Positions 12,016 through 24,160 of a stretch of DNA of 64,000 nt are shown one piece after another (position 1 is the first letter of the stretch; each line of letters starts with the position of its first letter). The notes beneath the pieces are model-generated. The model did no database searches, was not told where the DNA came from, and saw nothing but the letters and a program-made list of their open reading frames with translations. Source of the DNA: Raja brachyura (Eukaryota); contig OY740788.1 of NCBI GenBank assembly GCA_963514005.1, positions 16,926,001 through 16,990,000 on the forward strand. The letters run 5' to 3'. The position numbers were made by a program, and so were the translations under genes.

Positions 12016-14079
12016 AAGAACCAATGCTCATCAGCTAGCATAGAAGGTTTCGTTTATAGTGACATTTAAAAAAAAAATGTTGTAACGCTTCTTACCTGAA
12101 AGTCTCACTTTTCTAATTTGGCTTTATGCAACAGTCTGAGATCTGGGTTATTTTCGACACAGGGTGGAAGATTCTTATTGTTTCTGATTTTCCAGCGATT
12201 GCCAAAGGGCCAGATCGAATGTTCTTTTGGCTAATGGTATGTAAGAGAACTGTTAATGATGTCCTTCCTGGGGGATGTTAATGATGTTCATCAATACGCC
12301 TATCCATGCATTGCAGTGTGAAAAATTGAACCTGCAGGAGGTCTTATGTTGATATTATGAACTCCTGTTCCGCTGGTGCACTGAGTTCAGGGGACATTCC
12401 AGTTTGTTCTGAATTGAGTGGCCACCAAGATTTATTCTGTTGTTTGAATAGGATCACTGATCTTCATTAAAACCTTGCACTGTTCATTAATTAAAATTAA
12501 TGTATTTTTAACTACTGTTTCCAGTAAATTGCCATTTGAGAAACAATTGAAATAGCTGTCAGAAGGCCATCTGGGAGGTCTGAGGGCAAGGTAAAGGTTA
12601 TGTTGCCTGGGGCATATTCTCTGCTGATGGGCTGCTGCACTTTGTGGGATGTAATGGGGGTCTTGTGAATGCTGGGAACCAAGCAGTTCCAAAAAGGCTG
12701 TGTTGGAGGAAATATTGCAAGGAACGGCTTCAAAGGGAATATTACTGGATTTGTGTATGTATGCATGATACATTTGTACAACTCCTCAAATATGTGTTAA
12801 CATATATACTAAAAATGGTTATGTAACAGTGCTTTTATTTGCTGGTTGTATATTAATGTATTGAAATATAATTAGCTGAAAGCATATTTGTAAACATATC
12901 TATAGTTCATGAAGCCTTTCATCATTTGTGATCTTCAGGCTAAAAGTAGATATAACTGTTTCAAAGACCATACTGTATAAATCCCAAATGTTCAAAATGT
13001 ATCTCAGATTTTACCTTGCCAAATATCATCAGTAACAGGAATCAGTGGAGATATTTTCAGTAGAAATTGTGGAAAAGTGTAACCACATATGAAATGGGTA
13101 AATGGAAAATATTCATGTATTTGGGGTTAAAAGACTATATCATGAGTGCTCAGAATGGGGTCGATCATCTGCAGATACTCTGGAACAAAATAGCCTCATA
13201 TTCTGTCATTCAGTAATTTGATCTCCAAATCACCACTAAGTGGAATATGAATGAAGATTGTAACAACATATTATCAGTGAATACCTTACACCTTGTGTTC
13301 TGAAATGGGGTTGTCATAATGGAATTATTTAAGCTGAGGAACAAAGAAAATAATTAATTGATTTATTTGGTAATTTCAATGAACTCAACTGAAAAAATGA
13401 ATCGATATTTCATTTTTCATAATAGTCTTACAGTACCATTGCATTACATCCCAATTGCAGTTTTTAAGGACATAGAAGAAGAAAGCATTGCTATTTATCA
13501 GATGTGCTTTATTTGGTTCAACGGTATCCATACATTTACAAAGAATACTGAGCATCCTTTCTTTTTAAAGATTGACTCTCAATGGTTTTCACCTATTTTG
13601 TATAGTATATATTGCTGTGATACTTTTTTCCCCAGAGATATATGCTTAATATCACCGAAGGGAAACCAAGTCAATGCTGGGTAAAATGAGTCTTGATTTG
13701 TATCCGAAGGCAGGTCTTCGCCACAAGAAATTGAACATGTGGAACACTGGTCATGATCAGGTTTACTAATTTAATCAGTGCATTTTAGTGTCATATGATC
13801 TCCTGCAAGTAATCCAATAGCCATGTGGTATCTTTGTCTGCCAATGCTTGCTAGAGTGCCTGGTTGCTAACCATTTTAATTTCATTCCCACTCACATACC
13901 TATCTTTCTGTCCTTGCCAGAGTGGGGTCATATGCCGATTGAAAGAACCTCCTATTCCTTGGGCATCTTATAGCCCAATGGTATGAACACTGCATTCTCC
14001 AATTTCAAGTAATATCCTGCACACATTTTTTCCCACCATCTCCCACCCCTCAGTCACCCTGCGCCTTCCCCTCCTCCAT

Positions 14080-15497
14080 CAGATTCAGATTCAGATTCAA
14101 TTTTAATTGTCATTGTCAGTGTACAGTACAGAGACAACGAAATGCATTTAGCATCTCCCTGGAAGAGTGACACAGCAAATGATTTGGATAAATAACAATA
14201 AGTGTCCGGGGGGGGGGGGGGGGGGGGGGGGGTGATTGGCAGTCACCGAGGTACGTTGTTGAGTAGCGTGACAGTCGCCGGAAAGAAGCTGTTCCTGGAC
14301 CTGCTGGTTCGGCAACGGAGAGACCTGTAGCGCCTCCCGGATGGTAGGAGGGTAAACAGTCCATGGTTGGGGTGAGAGAGGTCCTTGGCGATGCTGAGCG
14401 CCCTCCGCAGACAACGCTTGCTTTGGACAGACTCAATGGAGGGGAGCGAGGAACCGGTGATGCGTTGGGCAATTTTCACCACCCTCTGCAATGCCTTCCG
14501 GTCGGAGACAGAGCAGTTGCCATACCAAACTGTGATGCAGTTGGTAAGAATGCTCTCGATGGTGCAGCGGTAGAAGTTCACCAGGATCTGAGGAGACAGA
14601 TGGACCTTCTTCAGTCTCCTCAGGAAGAAGAGACGCTGGTGAGCCTTCTTGATCAGAGTTGAGGTATTGTGGGTCCAAGAGAGGTCGTCGGAGAGGTTGA
14701 CTCCCAGGAACCTGAAGCTAGAAACACGTTCCACCTCCGTACCGTTAATGTGGATGGGGGTGTGCGTGCCGCCCCTGGACTTCCTGAAGTCTACAATGAG
14801 CTCCTTGGTCTTCTTGGAGTTAAGGGCCAGGTTGTTGTCAGCGCACCATGCTGCTAAGTGCTGGACCTCCTCCCTGTAGGCCGACTCATCGTTGTTGCTG
14901 ATGAGGCCAATCACCGTTGTATCATCTGCATACTTGATGATGGTGTTAGTACCATGTACAGGTGTGCAGTCATAGGTGAAGAGGGAGTAGAGGAGGGGGC
15001 TCAGCACACAGCCCTGTGGAACGCCGGTGTTCAGGGTGAGGGTTGAAGAGGTGTGCTTGTCTAACCTAACAGACTGGGGTCTGTTGGTTAGAAAGTCCAG
15101 TATCCAGTTGCAGAGGGAAGGAGCGATGCACAGATTACCGAGTTTGGCGATCAATTTTGATGGTATAATGGTGTTGAATGCTGAGCTGTAATCGATGAAC
15201 AGCATTCTTACGTAAGTGTCTCTGTTGTCGAGGTGAGAGAGGGCGGAGTGAAGTGCCGTTGAGATGGCATCCTCCGTACTCCTGTTCTTGCGGTAGGCAA
15301 ACTGATAGGGATCCAGTGTGGGGGGTAGGCAGCTTTTGAGGTGTGCCAGGACCAGCCTCTCGAAGCACTTGGTGATGATGGGGGTAAGCGCAACTGGGCG
15401 GAAGTCGTTGAGGCTTGCCGCAGTGGAGTGTTTTGGCACTGGCACGATGGAGGTGGTTTTAAGGCACGTGGGGACAACTGCCTGGGCAAGTGACAGG
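14080..15497 (-). mobile_element. Rex1/Babar-type non-LTR retrotransposon, 5'-truncated, young
   Basis: Open RT frame, 3' tail (TGAATC)3, and a possible short TSD (T)CCAT on both sides. Confidence 0.9.
14243..15497 (-). CDS. Reverse transcriptase (C-terminal part of LINE ORF; no native start in window)
   Basis: Uninterrupted ~418 codons: [51 protein letters not shown]. The ORF-track N-terminus (15498-15553) is flanking DNA. Confidence 0.9.
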
Positions 15498-15635
15498 TCC
15501 ATATGCTCATCTATCCCCATATTTCCCCTTTCATCCCTCTTTCCCATTGCCACTGTCCAATTCCATCCATGTCCCTCTGTTCTGTTTTATATTTCACACT
15601 TTTGTCTACTTTTCACCTTCAGCCTTTGTCAGTTA

Positions 15636-15830
15636 AGGGCCTGTCCCACTTGGCCGTCATTTGTGCGCCATTTACGTGACCTGGTAGCGTGTGGGTAGCA
15701 CAGGACGGGCTAATGGAGTGGCGTGGAGGGGTGTGGAGTTGCGAGTGGTATCGCGCAGCGCGCCAGGATTTCGTGCTGCACAAAATCTTCGCGCACCACC
15801 TGCCTGTCGCGTAAATGATGGCCAAGTGGG
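15636..15830. mobile_element. PIF/Harbinger-type MITE (right TIR truncated)
   Basis: TTA|AGGGCCTGTCCCACTTGGCCGTCATTT ... AAATGATGGCCAAGTGGGA. Confidence 0.8.
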
Positions 15831-15854
15831 AAAGGGTGACGTTTCAGGTCGACT

Positions 15855-15890
15855 GGGTGACGTTTCAGGTCGAGACCCTTCTTCAGACTG
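15855..15890 (-). ncRNA. Minimal Penelope-type hammerhead ribozyme motif
   Basis: Minus strand CAGT-CTGAAGA-AGGGTCTCGACCT-GAAAC-GTC-ACCC: CUGANGA and GAAA boxes, a stem II, and a palindromic ACGU in place of stem III. Stem I is very short. Confidence 0.6.
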
Positions 15891-16189
15891 AAACAGCATC
15901 CATTCCTTCTCTCCAGAGATGCTGCCAGTCCCGTTGAGTTACTCCTGCATTTTGTGTCTATCTTCAATTTAAACCAGCATCTGCAGTTCCTTCCCACAGA
16001 TGAATTTGGTCTGCAGCTTGCTACTTTTCATTCACCTCTTTGTTTTGAATAGGGGCATTACATCTGCAGTTTTTCCAATTGCTAGCACTCTTGAGTGGTG
16101 CTAGTTTCTTAACTGGAACATTTTAGAAAATCACCATAAATATCATAAACTGGGTAAATATCATAAACTGGGCATTCAAATGACACTTA

Positions 16190-16630
16190 ACAGGTCCAGC
16201 AGCATCTCTGAAGACCATTAATAGGTGATGTTTTGGGTTGGGACCCTTCCTCGAAACATCACCTATCTGTGTGTAAGAAAAAGGATGTCGACCCGAAACG
16301 TCACCCATTCCTTCTCTCCAGAGATGTTTCCTGTCCCGCTGAGGCACTCCAGCATTTTGTGTCTATTGTCACCTATCTGTTCTCCATAGATGCTGTTTGA
16401 CATGGTGAGTTACTCTAGCACTTTTGATGCTTTTGTGTAAACCAACATCTGTAGTTCCTTGTTTCACATATCACTTGTCAAACATTGTCCCATCCCCACC
16501 TCTCTTCTCCAGCTTCCCCTCCCCCAACTCCAATAAGTCAGAAGAATGGTTCCAACCCAAAACGCAAATGTGTCCATTCCCCCCACAGATGCTGCCTGAT
16601 GCATTGTTCCTGCAGTGCTTTGTATTTGCT
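16190..16630. mobile_element. Cluster of inverted and tandem Penelope-like terminal-repeat fragments
   Basis: Repeated GACCCGAAACGTCACCCATTCCTTCTCTCCAGAGATG modules occur in both orientations. Confidence 0.7.
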
Positions 16631-16849
16631 CATATCTTGCTCGACCGAAATAGACCTTCCGTGTCCACCTTTTTCATGCTTAATGAAGTGAAAAACTGCA
16701 ATTATGAAATTCAATCTTCCATGTCCACCAACACTGCCCTTCTCATGACACTTTTTCATGCAACCACGGGAGACACAGAACTTAACATTTCACCTCATCC
16801 AGTCCTTCTAGATGAAGCGGGGATCAAAATTGCACTTCTTTCAATCCAG

Positions 16850-18035
16850 CATCTTATAATTGTTGCTCATTCTATAGTTTTTTCCATTTTGGGGAAATCA
16901 AATGGTGACTGGTTGATCTCTTTGCAGAACACCTCAGACCGTCTAGAGGGCAACCTTGAGTATTCATTTGAATGTCACTTCAATTCCCATATCACTCCCA
17001 TTCTGACCTCTCAGCCTTTGTATTATGGTTTTTGAAATTTCTACCAACCCCAATAAGGTTGTACCGCTACACAAATATGTCCATTCATCTTTTAGCATTT
17101 CAAAGGAATCACTCCCTTCATGACTCCCTGATGTGGTCTTCTGTCCCTACCTACTAGTCCAACTTTTATGGACTTTATCACGCAATCACAGGAGATATAA
17201 TACTTGTCTATCAACTTTTTATTTTCCACATCCAGGGACCCAAAAGCAGTGATTCGTTTACAGTTCTTCTAATATAGTGTGCTGCATTTGGTCTTTACGA
17301 TGTGGCCTCCTCTGCATTGGAGAAATCAAATGCAGAATGAATGTGGAGGTGCTTTGTGGAGCACCTGTGCTGCCTGCATTAGTGACCCTGAGCTTTTGGT
17401 TGCCTACCGTTCCAATTCACCATCTTGCTCTCAATGATCATTCTGCCACTGTCTTTGTGCACTGTTGCAACAATGTACAAGACTAGCTTGCGGAGCAACA
17501 TCTCATCTTGATACCCCATCTGGGTACATTTCAGTCTTCAAGACTTCAACTTTAGGTTTGTTGTACTTTCTCTCTGTGTCTATCACAATTGGCCTTTTCT
17601 ACATGTTGCCATCATCATGCCTTTTTTTTCCTCTCTATTTGTGTAGCCTTGCCATTTTGGCATGTACTGCAGTCTTAGTGATATCAACACATTACACTGA
17701 AAAATAAGACACATTTGATCTTACCTGCTACTTAACAGCTATGTTTACTTGTTTGACCTTGCCCTATCAAAGAACTTTCCTTTGATATTCACCCCTCACT
17801 TTCTCTGCTACTGAAAACTAACTGGTTGCTATTTCCCTGTTTTGGTGAAGGATCCCAGACCTGAAATGTTAGACGTTTCTCTTTCCACAGATACTACCTT
17901 TATCTGCTGAATGTTTTCAGCATTTTCCATACTTGTTTTCTCTCATTTCCACATCCTTGACCTGAAACATCAACCCTGTTTTGCTCTTCAGATACCGTCT
18001 GACCTTGGGTATTAACAGCACCTTCTGTTTTTACC
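16850..18035 (+). mobile_element. Old Penelope-like element fragments (GIY-YIG relic)
   Basis: SNIVCCIWSLRCGLLCIGEIKCR at about 17265-17340 resembles the PLE GIY-YIG motif; degenerate terminal modules at 17840-18035. Confidence 0.6.
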
Positions 18036-18190
18036 CATGGACTTTTTTGCCTCAACTTTCACTTGCATTTTACATAAATACATAAATACATTTCATTTAC
18101 ATAATTAATATTCTGTTTTACCTCCTGCCCACTCCCAGAAATAAAATCAAATGGTCTCCCATAACCTGGGTTGGAGCATTTTATATATTA

Positions 18191-19244
18191 CTAGACCAAG
18201 TGGGACCCGTTGGGTCCCGTCCCCTCAATGAGCAGTTGCGGGTGTGTGTGTGTGTGGCGGCCTGTGGCGTCACACACACACTAACCATCCCACCCACTCA
18301 CATACTAACCACCCCCCTTGAAATTATATTAATGTTATTCATTCGCCCCTTTTACCCCATCCCCCGCCCTATCCACTCACGAATAACCCCAACTCGCAGG
18401 CGCAGCTAGACANNNNNNNNNNNNNNNNNNNNNNNNNNNNNNNNNNNNNNNNNNNNNNNNNNNNNNNNNNNNNNNNNNNNNNNNNNNNNNNNNNNNNNNN
18501 NNNNNNNNNNNNNNNNNNNNNNNNNNNNNNNNNNNNNNNNNNNNNNNNNNNNNNNNNNNNNNNNNNNNNNNNNNNNNNNNNNNNNNNNNNNNNNNNNNNN
18601 NNNNNNAGGCGGGCAGAGAGACACAGAGAAAGAGAGCATGGGGGACAGAGAGAGAGAGAGGGGGGGTGCAGAGGGAGAGAGGGGAGAACGGGAGAGAGGG
18701 AGATAGGCAGAGAGGGCGGGGGCAGAGAGGAGGGCAGAGAGAGAGAGGACCTGACCCTAGGACCCGTCAGCTCAGTCCTGTCAGATCGGTCCTGCCCCTT
18801 CAACGAGAGCAGATAGGGGGTACGTGGACTCGGCGAGCAGAGCGGGCCCGACTTGCTCGTTCTTTCTGTGCCTTTTGGACCGGGGGCAGGGCAGAGTCTT
18901 GAATAATGTGGGGGAGGGGGGAGAGGTCGGGGAGGAGATATCACTCACAGCGCGAGGAAGAAGGGCACACAGACCCATTGTGACATCATCAGCGAAAGAC
19001 AGTCGTTTTTAAATTCAAAAATTTGTCAGATTTTTGAAGATGTTCAGTAATAACTAGTGAAATAAAACATGAAATGTTCAGATAAGGCGATTTCGGACAC
19101 AACGGGAAAATTCTCTACCGGAATATGTAAAAATTATGTAAATTTACCGTTAGCGCGTCGTTTTTTCGAGAAGATGTGATTATACACAAACACACTAATA
19201 AACACACATCCAAGATCAGACTTTTAAGTATATAGATAGATAGA
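18191..19244 (-). mobile_element. Non-autonomous Helitron, both termini present
   Basis: The minus strand starts A|TCTATCTATCTATATACTTAAAAG and ends with a perfect hairpin GGGACCC-AAC-GGGTCCC, then ACTTGGT-CTAG|T. This gives canonical 5'-TC, 3'-CTAG, an A|T target and no TSD. Confidence 0.85.
18413..18606. other. Assembly gap (run of N)
   Basis: N run inside the Helitron GA-rich tract. Confidence 1.
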
Positions 19245-19782
19245 TTTAGCCTTAGATTGCTCATCACTCAGAAATAACATTTGAAATAACTTACTTGCAT
19301 TTTCACAATTTTTTGTTGACCGTGGCAATATTCCATTATGCTTCCAAACACAAAGAAAACAATATTTCATGGATCGTTTCTGTGGATTAATTGTGAAAAT
19401 TAAAACATTGAAATAATTCTTGAGCTTTAATTTCTAAAATCATTGTTGCTAAATGTTGGTGCTTCTGTTATATTGACTAAATATAAACAGTCTGGATTTT
19501 TATTTCCATTATTACAGTGCCAGTCTGTCAATTGACTGTTTATGCCTGGTTCCATTTTAACCCCAGGTTACATCACTGATGATGTGTTCAGGAGCATCAA
19601 TAGATGTAATTTAATAAATCACTGTGCTGGTGAAACCAGTGGCGACCATAGACTAGTAGACAACCAAGATGACTGGAGAGATAATGGACAGTTCGCAAAG
19701 ACGGCAACCGATGCGGGGCGGGTTGGCAGCACAAGCCGCATCCTCTGACAGGAGGAGAACCAAATCAAGCTACAGGAAAACG

Positions 19783-22700
19783 CATGGAAAAATACCCCCA
19801 GGGGTGCCCGAGAGGGGGGGAGGATGAGCACCTCAATTTGATGGATCAAAGGCTAACGACTAATGGCAATGGACAACTGACTATGAGTATAAAATGCAGA
19901 CGTGGAAAGGTCTGCAAGAACAGCTGAGGCCTGAAGATTCACCAGACCCGGATAAACTGTTTGGAGGGGAGGGAGAGGGAGTGTCACATCGCACAGGTAT
20001 TTTACCTGGTGAGATGCAGGAGGAGCGGGCCCGGATGCACCCCATAGAGCCCAAAGCCTCCAAGTGACGCAACTAGTCCCTCAGAACAGACCTCCAGAGA
20101 AGGTTCGAGTGAAATGGCCACAGGCCTGCAAGACGGCAGTCTGGCATCAGAGGACGTCGACAATGTGCAAGAAGCAACTGTGAAGGGAGACGTGGATCGA
20201 AGGCTGCGGACGATGACGACAATCATCATCAGCCTAGCTGTGGAAAGGTTTGGAGCAGTGGAGAAGAAGCCGGCCAGAACACCTTTCACCTTGAGCCAAC
20301 GAGCAACAAAGATCCACAAGATCCGGCAGGAGCTGAAGTCCCCCAAGAAGCAGTACAAAGAGGCCAGCGAAGAGCAACGTCCCCCCTTGGCTGAGCTGCC
20401 AAACATCTTGAGGAAGAAGCTGATGAACCTCCGTAGAGCTGAGCGGCACCGAAGACGCCGGAAGGAAACCGCCAGGAAGCGAGTATCCTTCTTAGCCAAC
20501 CCCTTCGGCTTCACCAAACAACTGCGAGGGCAGAAGCGCAGTGGGAGTTTGGCTTGCTCTAAGGAGATCGACCGGCACATCCAGACCACCTACAGTGACC
20601 CCGTCAGGCAGCAGGAGCTAGGCCAGTGCAACATCCTGGTAAAACCACCTCCACCCATCAGGGAGTTTGATAGTAGAGAGCCACTCCTAAAAGAGGTCCA
20701 GGACGTTGTGAAGAGAGCAAGATCGGGCTCAGCCCCTGGCCCAAGCAGAGTCCCCTACAGGGTCTACAAGAACTGCCCCTTGTTACTGAAACAGCTGTGG
20801 AAGATCCATAAAGTCATCTGGAGGAGTGGGAAGGTGGCGATTCACTGAAGGAGTCTGGATCCCAAAGGAAGAAGATTCCAAGAAGATCCATCAGTTCAGG
20901 ATCATCTCCTTGCTAAGCGTTGAAGGCAAGATCTTCTTCAGCATAGAGGCGGGGCGGCTAACCAACTTCCACTCCAGCAATGGCTACATCGACAGCTCAG
21001 TGCAAAAGGGAGGCTTATATGGAGTGCCGGGGTGTCTAGAGCACACGCGAGTGGTGACCCAGCTCATCAGAGAAGCCAGAGAGAGAACAAGGGAGACCTG
21101 ATGGTGCTCTGGCTTGACCTGGCCAACGCCTATGGCACCATCCCGCACAAGCTGATCCAGACAGTCATGGCCAAGCATCATATGCCGGGCCAAGTGGCAG
21201 ATCTCATCCTGGACTATTACAACCAGTTCAGCATGAGAGTCTCATCAGGATCAGTAACATCAGAGTGGCACAGACTGGAGGTTGGGATCCATAGGCTGTA
21301 CCATCTCTGTGATCCTTTTTGCCTTGGCGATGAACATGATTGTCAAGTCTGCTGAGCCAGAGTGCCGGGGCCCACGGACCACGTCAGGATTGCGCCAACC
21401 ACCGATCAGAGTCTTCATGGACGACATGACTGTCACCACTGAGTCAGTACCAGGAGGCAGGTGGATCCTGCAGGGATTGGAGAAACTGATTGGATGGGCA
21501 AGGATGAAGTTTAAGCCAGGAAAATCAATGTGACTGGTGCTGAAGAAGGGCAAAGTCATGGACAGGTTCCACTTCAGCATCGAAGGGACACCAATCCCAA
21601 CTGTCTCCGAAAGGCCAGTGAAGAGTCTTGGCAAGGTGTTTAACAGCAGCCTGAAGGATAAAGCATCAGTCCAGGCAACCTGTCACGAGCTGGAGTGCGG
21701 GTTGAGAGAGGTGGACCAACCGGGGCTTCCCAGCAAGTTCAAGACATGGATTTACCAGCATGGTATCCTGCCAAGGATACTCAGGCCACTGCTTGTTTAC
21801 GAAGTCCCAACTCCATCGTAGAGAGATTGGAGAGGAAAGTCAGCAGCTTTCTCAGGGGGTGGCTGCGACTGCCCAGGAGCCTTAGCAGCATCGCCCTTTC
21901 CGGAAATAACACCAAGCTCCAGCTGCCCCTGAAGTCCCTGGAGGAGGAGTTTAAGGTGACTCGGGCCAGAGAGGTGATGTTGTACAGGGACTCCAGCGAC
22001 CCCAAGGAGGCTCAGGCAGGGGTGGAGGTGAAAACTGAGAGGAAGTGGAGAGCCGGCGAGCCGTACTGCAAGTCGAAGTCTCGGATACGCCACAGAGTCC
22101 TGGTGGGAGCAGTGACTTGGTAAGAACTGGAACTGGAGTATCTTCCAAACACCCCAGTTTGACAAGGCTAAGGGGTAGGAGAGGCGCAGGCTGGTCCAGG
22201 AAGAAGTGAGGGCAGCGGTGGAGGAGGAGAGATGTACCAGAGCAGTTGGCTTGAGGCAGCACGGGGGCTGGACAAGGTGGGAGCAGGCCATGGACCGAAA
22301 AGTCACATGGACTGAGCTCTGGCAGGCTGAACCACAGAGCATCAAGTCCCTGGTCCAGGCAGTGTACGATGTCCTGCCCAGCCCATCGAACCTCTTCATC
22401 TGGGGCAAAGCGGAATCTCCAGATTGCCTGCAATGCTCAGGCAAGGGGACATTGGAACACATCCTGAGCTGCTGTCCAAACGCTCTTGGGCAGGGCCGGT
22501 ACACCTGGCGTCACGACCAGGTTCTCAAACACATTGCAGAAGCCATCAGCATGGGAATCAGCAGCTGCAGATGAGCACGGCCCACTACCCAAATGATCAT
22601 CTTCGTGAAGGCCGGAGTGCAGCTGCCAAGAATCACAGCTGCCAGGAATCCGTCAGGAATCCCGGTGACTGCGCAGGACTTGCAGCTTTCTGTGGATCTG

Positions 22701-23093
22701 GTGAAACAGCTGACGTTCCCACAGTGCATTGCGACAACCACCGTGAGGCCTCACATCCTCCTGGTCTCAGAGGCGACCAAAAACATCGGCTTGTTGGAAC
22801 TGATGGTGCCGTGGGAGGACCGTCTGGAGGAGGTCCACGAGAGGAAGAAGACCAAGTGCGAAGAGCTGGTCATAGACTGCCGTAAGCAGCGCTGGAAGGC
22901 AAGGTGTATGTCTATCGAGGTTGGCTGCAGAGGTTTTGCAGGGCAGTCGCTCTACAATGCCTTGAGTGCACTGGGCATCAACGGAAGGGAGAGGAGAAGA
23001 GCCATCAAGAACACCACAAAGGCAGCGGAGAAAGCCTCGAGATGGCTCTGGATCAGGAGAGGAGGTCCATGGGGAGGAGCGAATGCAACCTGA
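19783..23093 (+). pseudogene. Hero-type polyprotein (zinc finger - RT - CCHC knuckle - RLE endonuclease), frameshifted
   Basis: KC..GKVCKN..GLKIHQTR (about 19891-19960), SAPGPS.VPYRVYK, FRIISLLSVEGK, WLDLANAYGTIPH, GCTISVILF, FMDD, CLQCSGKGTLEHILSCC, RHDQV, RPHILL...ELMVPWE, IEVGCRGF. Multiple frameshifts and stops. Confidence 0.9.
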
Positions 23094-23138
23094 ACACAAG
23101 TCGTGGTCTGATCAACCACGGCTGGGTCGCCTGGGTGA

Positions 23139-23195
23139 GGGTGTCTGATGTTGAAAGACCCGAAACACCCAATGACCCCAGGTTACATCATTGAG
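23139..23195 (+). ncRNA. Candidate permuted hammerhead ribozyme in the Hero 3' UTR (the CUGAUGA box is intact only in the 5' repeat, 19576-19582)
   Basis: GGGTGT-C (23139-45) pairs with GAA-ACACCC (23162-70). TGATGT (23146-51) pairs with ACATCA (23185-90 or 19570-75), which in the 5' repeat is followed directly by CTGATGA. Confidence 0.6.
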
Positions 23196-24160
23196 CATCA
23201 GGAGCATCAATAAATGCATTTTTTAATCAAAATTAAGTGTAAGGATTATAAGAATGGCTCTTTTAATCATCAGCTATAACTTCTATACCTCAATGATTCA
23301 TCGCTTAGAATCATATTTTTCCTTAAGTATTTGGAGTGTATTCTTATTTTTCAAATTTATTTGTCTGAATGTTTTATTAGGTTTTACAAGGGGTTTCACT
23401 TTTTGCATTAATTTTATTGGATCTTGAATTTTTCTACTGTGAGGAAGAATTTGTCTACAATAACTAAACTTTTGCAGTGATACCTCTTAATAATTCTGAC
23501 TGCATTCTTCAACATTCTATCGCTTGGATTGAAGTATATTCTTCTTGGTAGCCTCTGTTGTCTTTCATAGTTGCAGCATAATCTTGAGAGTAATTTAATG
23601 TTATGTGATGTTGAAATTTCATGCCTTTTGTTCTTAAATCATGCATGTCTCAGAACAGCACAATTGGTGTTGTGTTCTTAGCTCACTGCCGGTTTTTAGC
23701 ACACTAGTCCAATTGAAGTTTTGATGTACTATAGAAGGGTTCGGTTATTGAACCTATTGTTCAGGTTTGAAGTGCACTTCTCTTTGCTCTTAAACCTAGC
23801 AAGTCTGTGTTCTTATTTTCTCTTGAGCATAAATGCCTATGAAGATGGCTTTGGGTTGCCTACTTAAACCTTTGGAGACCATTTGCTCTTGCAGTTCTCA
23901 AAATGTTGTATTGTAAGAAAATCCAAGATATCTATTATGTGGCAAGTAAGAAATGGCAATTCCCAAGAATGGAGATATTTTACTTGTTGACTAGTTTGCC
24001 TGCCTCCATCTTCTCGGTCTTTTCCCCTTCAATGCATATTAACATGAAAAGATTCAGAAGGTGTTTGAAACGGAGTGAACTTTATACAAATGGGCTTGAT
24101 CATCACCAGCTTCACCTTATTCATGAATACATCTCTTCTCAATAGCCGTAATCATTGTTA

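Larger units (their letters stand above)
13860..16000 (+). mobile_element. Penelope-like fragment interrupted by a Rex1-type LINE and a MITE
   Basis: 13860-14079 matches the 11500-11750 PLE segment. The sequence resumes after 15497 and ends in the shared PLE tail (15900-15998), with an inverted hammerhead-containing block at 15833-15890. Confidence 0.6.
19560..23229 (+). mobile_element. Hero-clade (RLE-type, R2 group) non-LTR retrotransposon with ~55-60 bp terminal direct repeats
   Basis: A single decayed ORF with zinc finger, RT, CCHC and restriction-like endonuclease. 19560-19620 (ACCCCAGGTTACATCACTGATGATGTGTTCAGGAGCATCAATAGATG) repeats at 23175-23229 (ACCCCAGGTTACATCATTGAGCATCAGGAGCATCAATAAATG). 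Confidence 0.88.

Noticed and set aside
12091-12830. Possible host exon(s): a minus-strand CAG|GTAAG donor at about 12091-98 and ORFs at 12432-12826
   Set aside because: The frames leading to the donor contain stops and no protein motif is recognisable. It could be non-coding, but that is unsupported.
16424-17035. 203-aa ORF
   Set aside because: It runs across Penelope terminal-repeat fragments, has a non-ATG start and no recognisable domain.
20002-23099. Long minus-strand ORFs (20002-20589, 21797-22504 and others)
   Set aside because: These are antisense shadows of the GC-rich Hero ORF.
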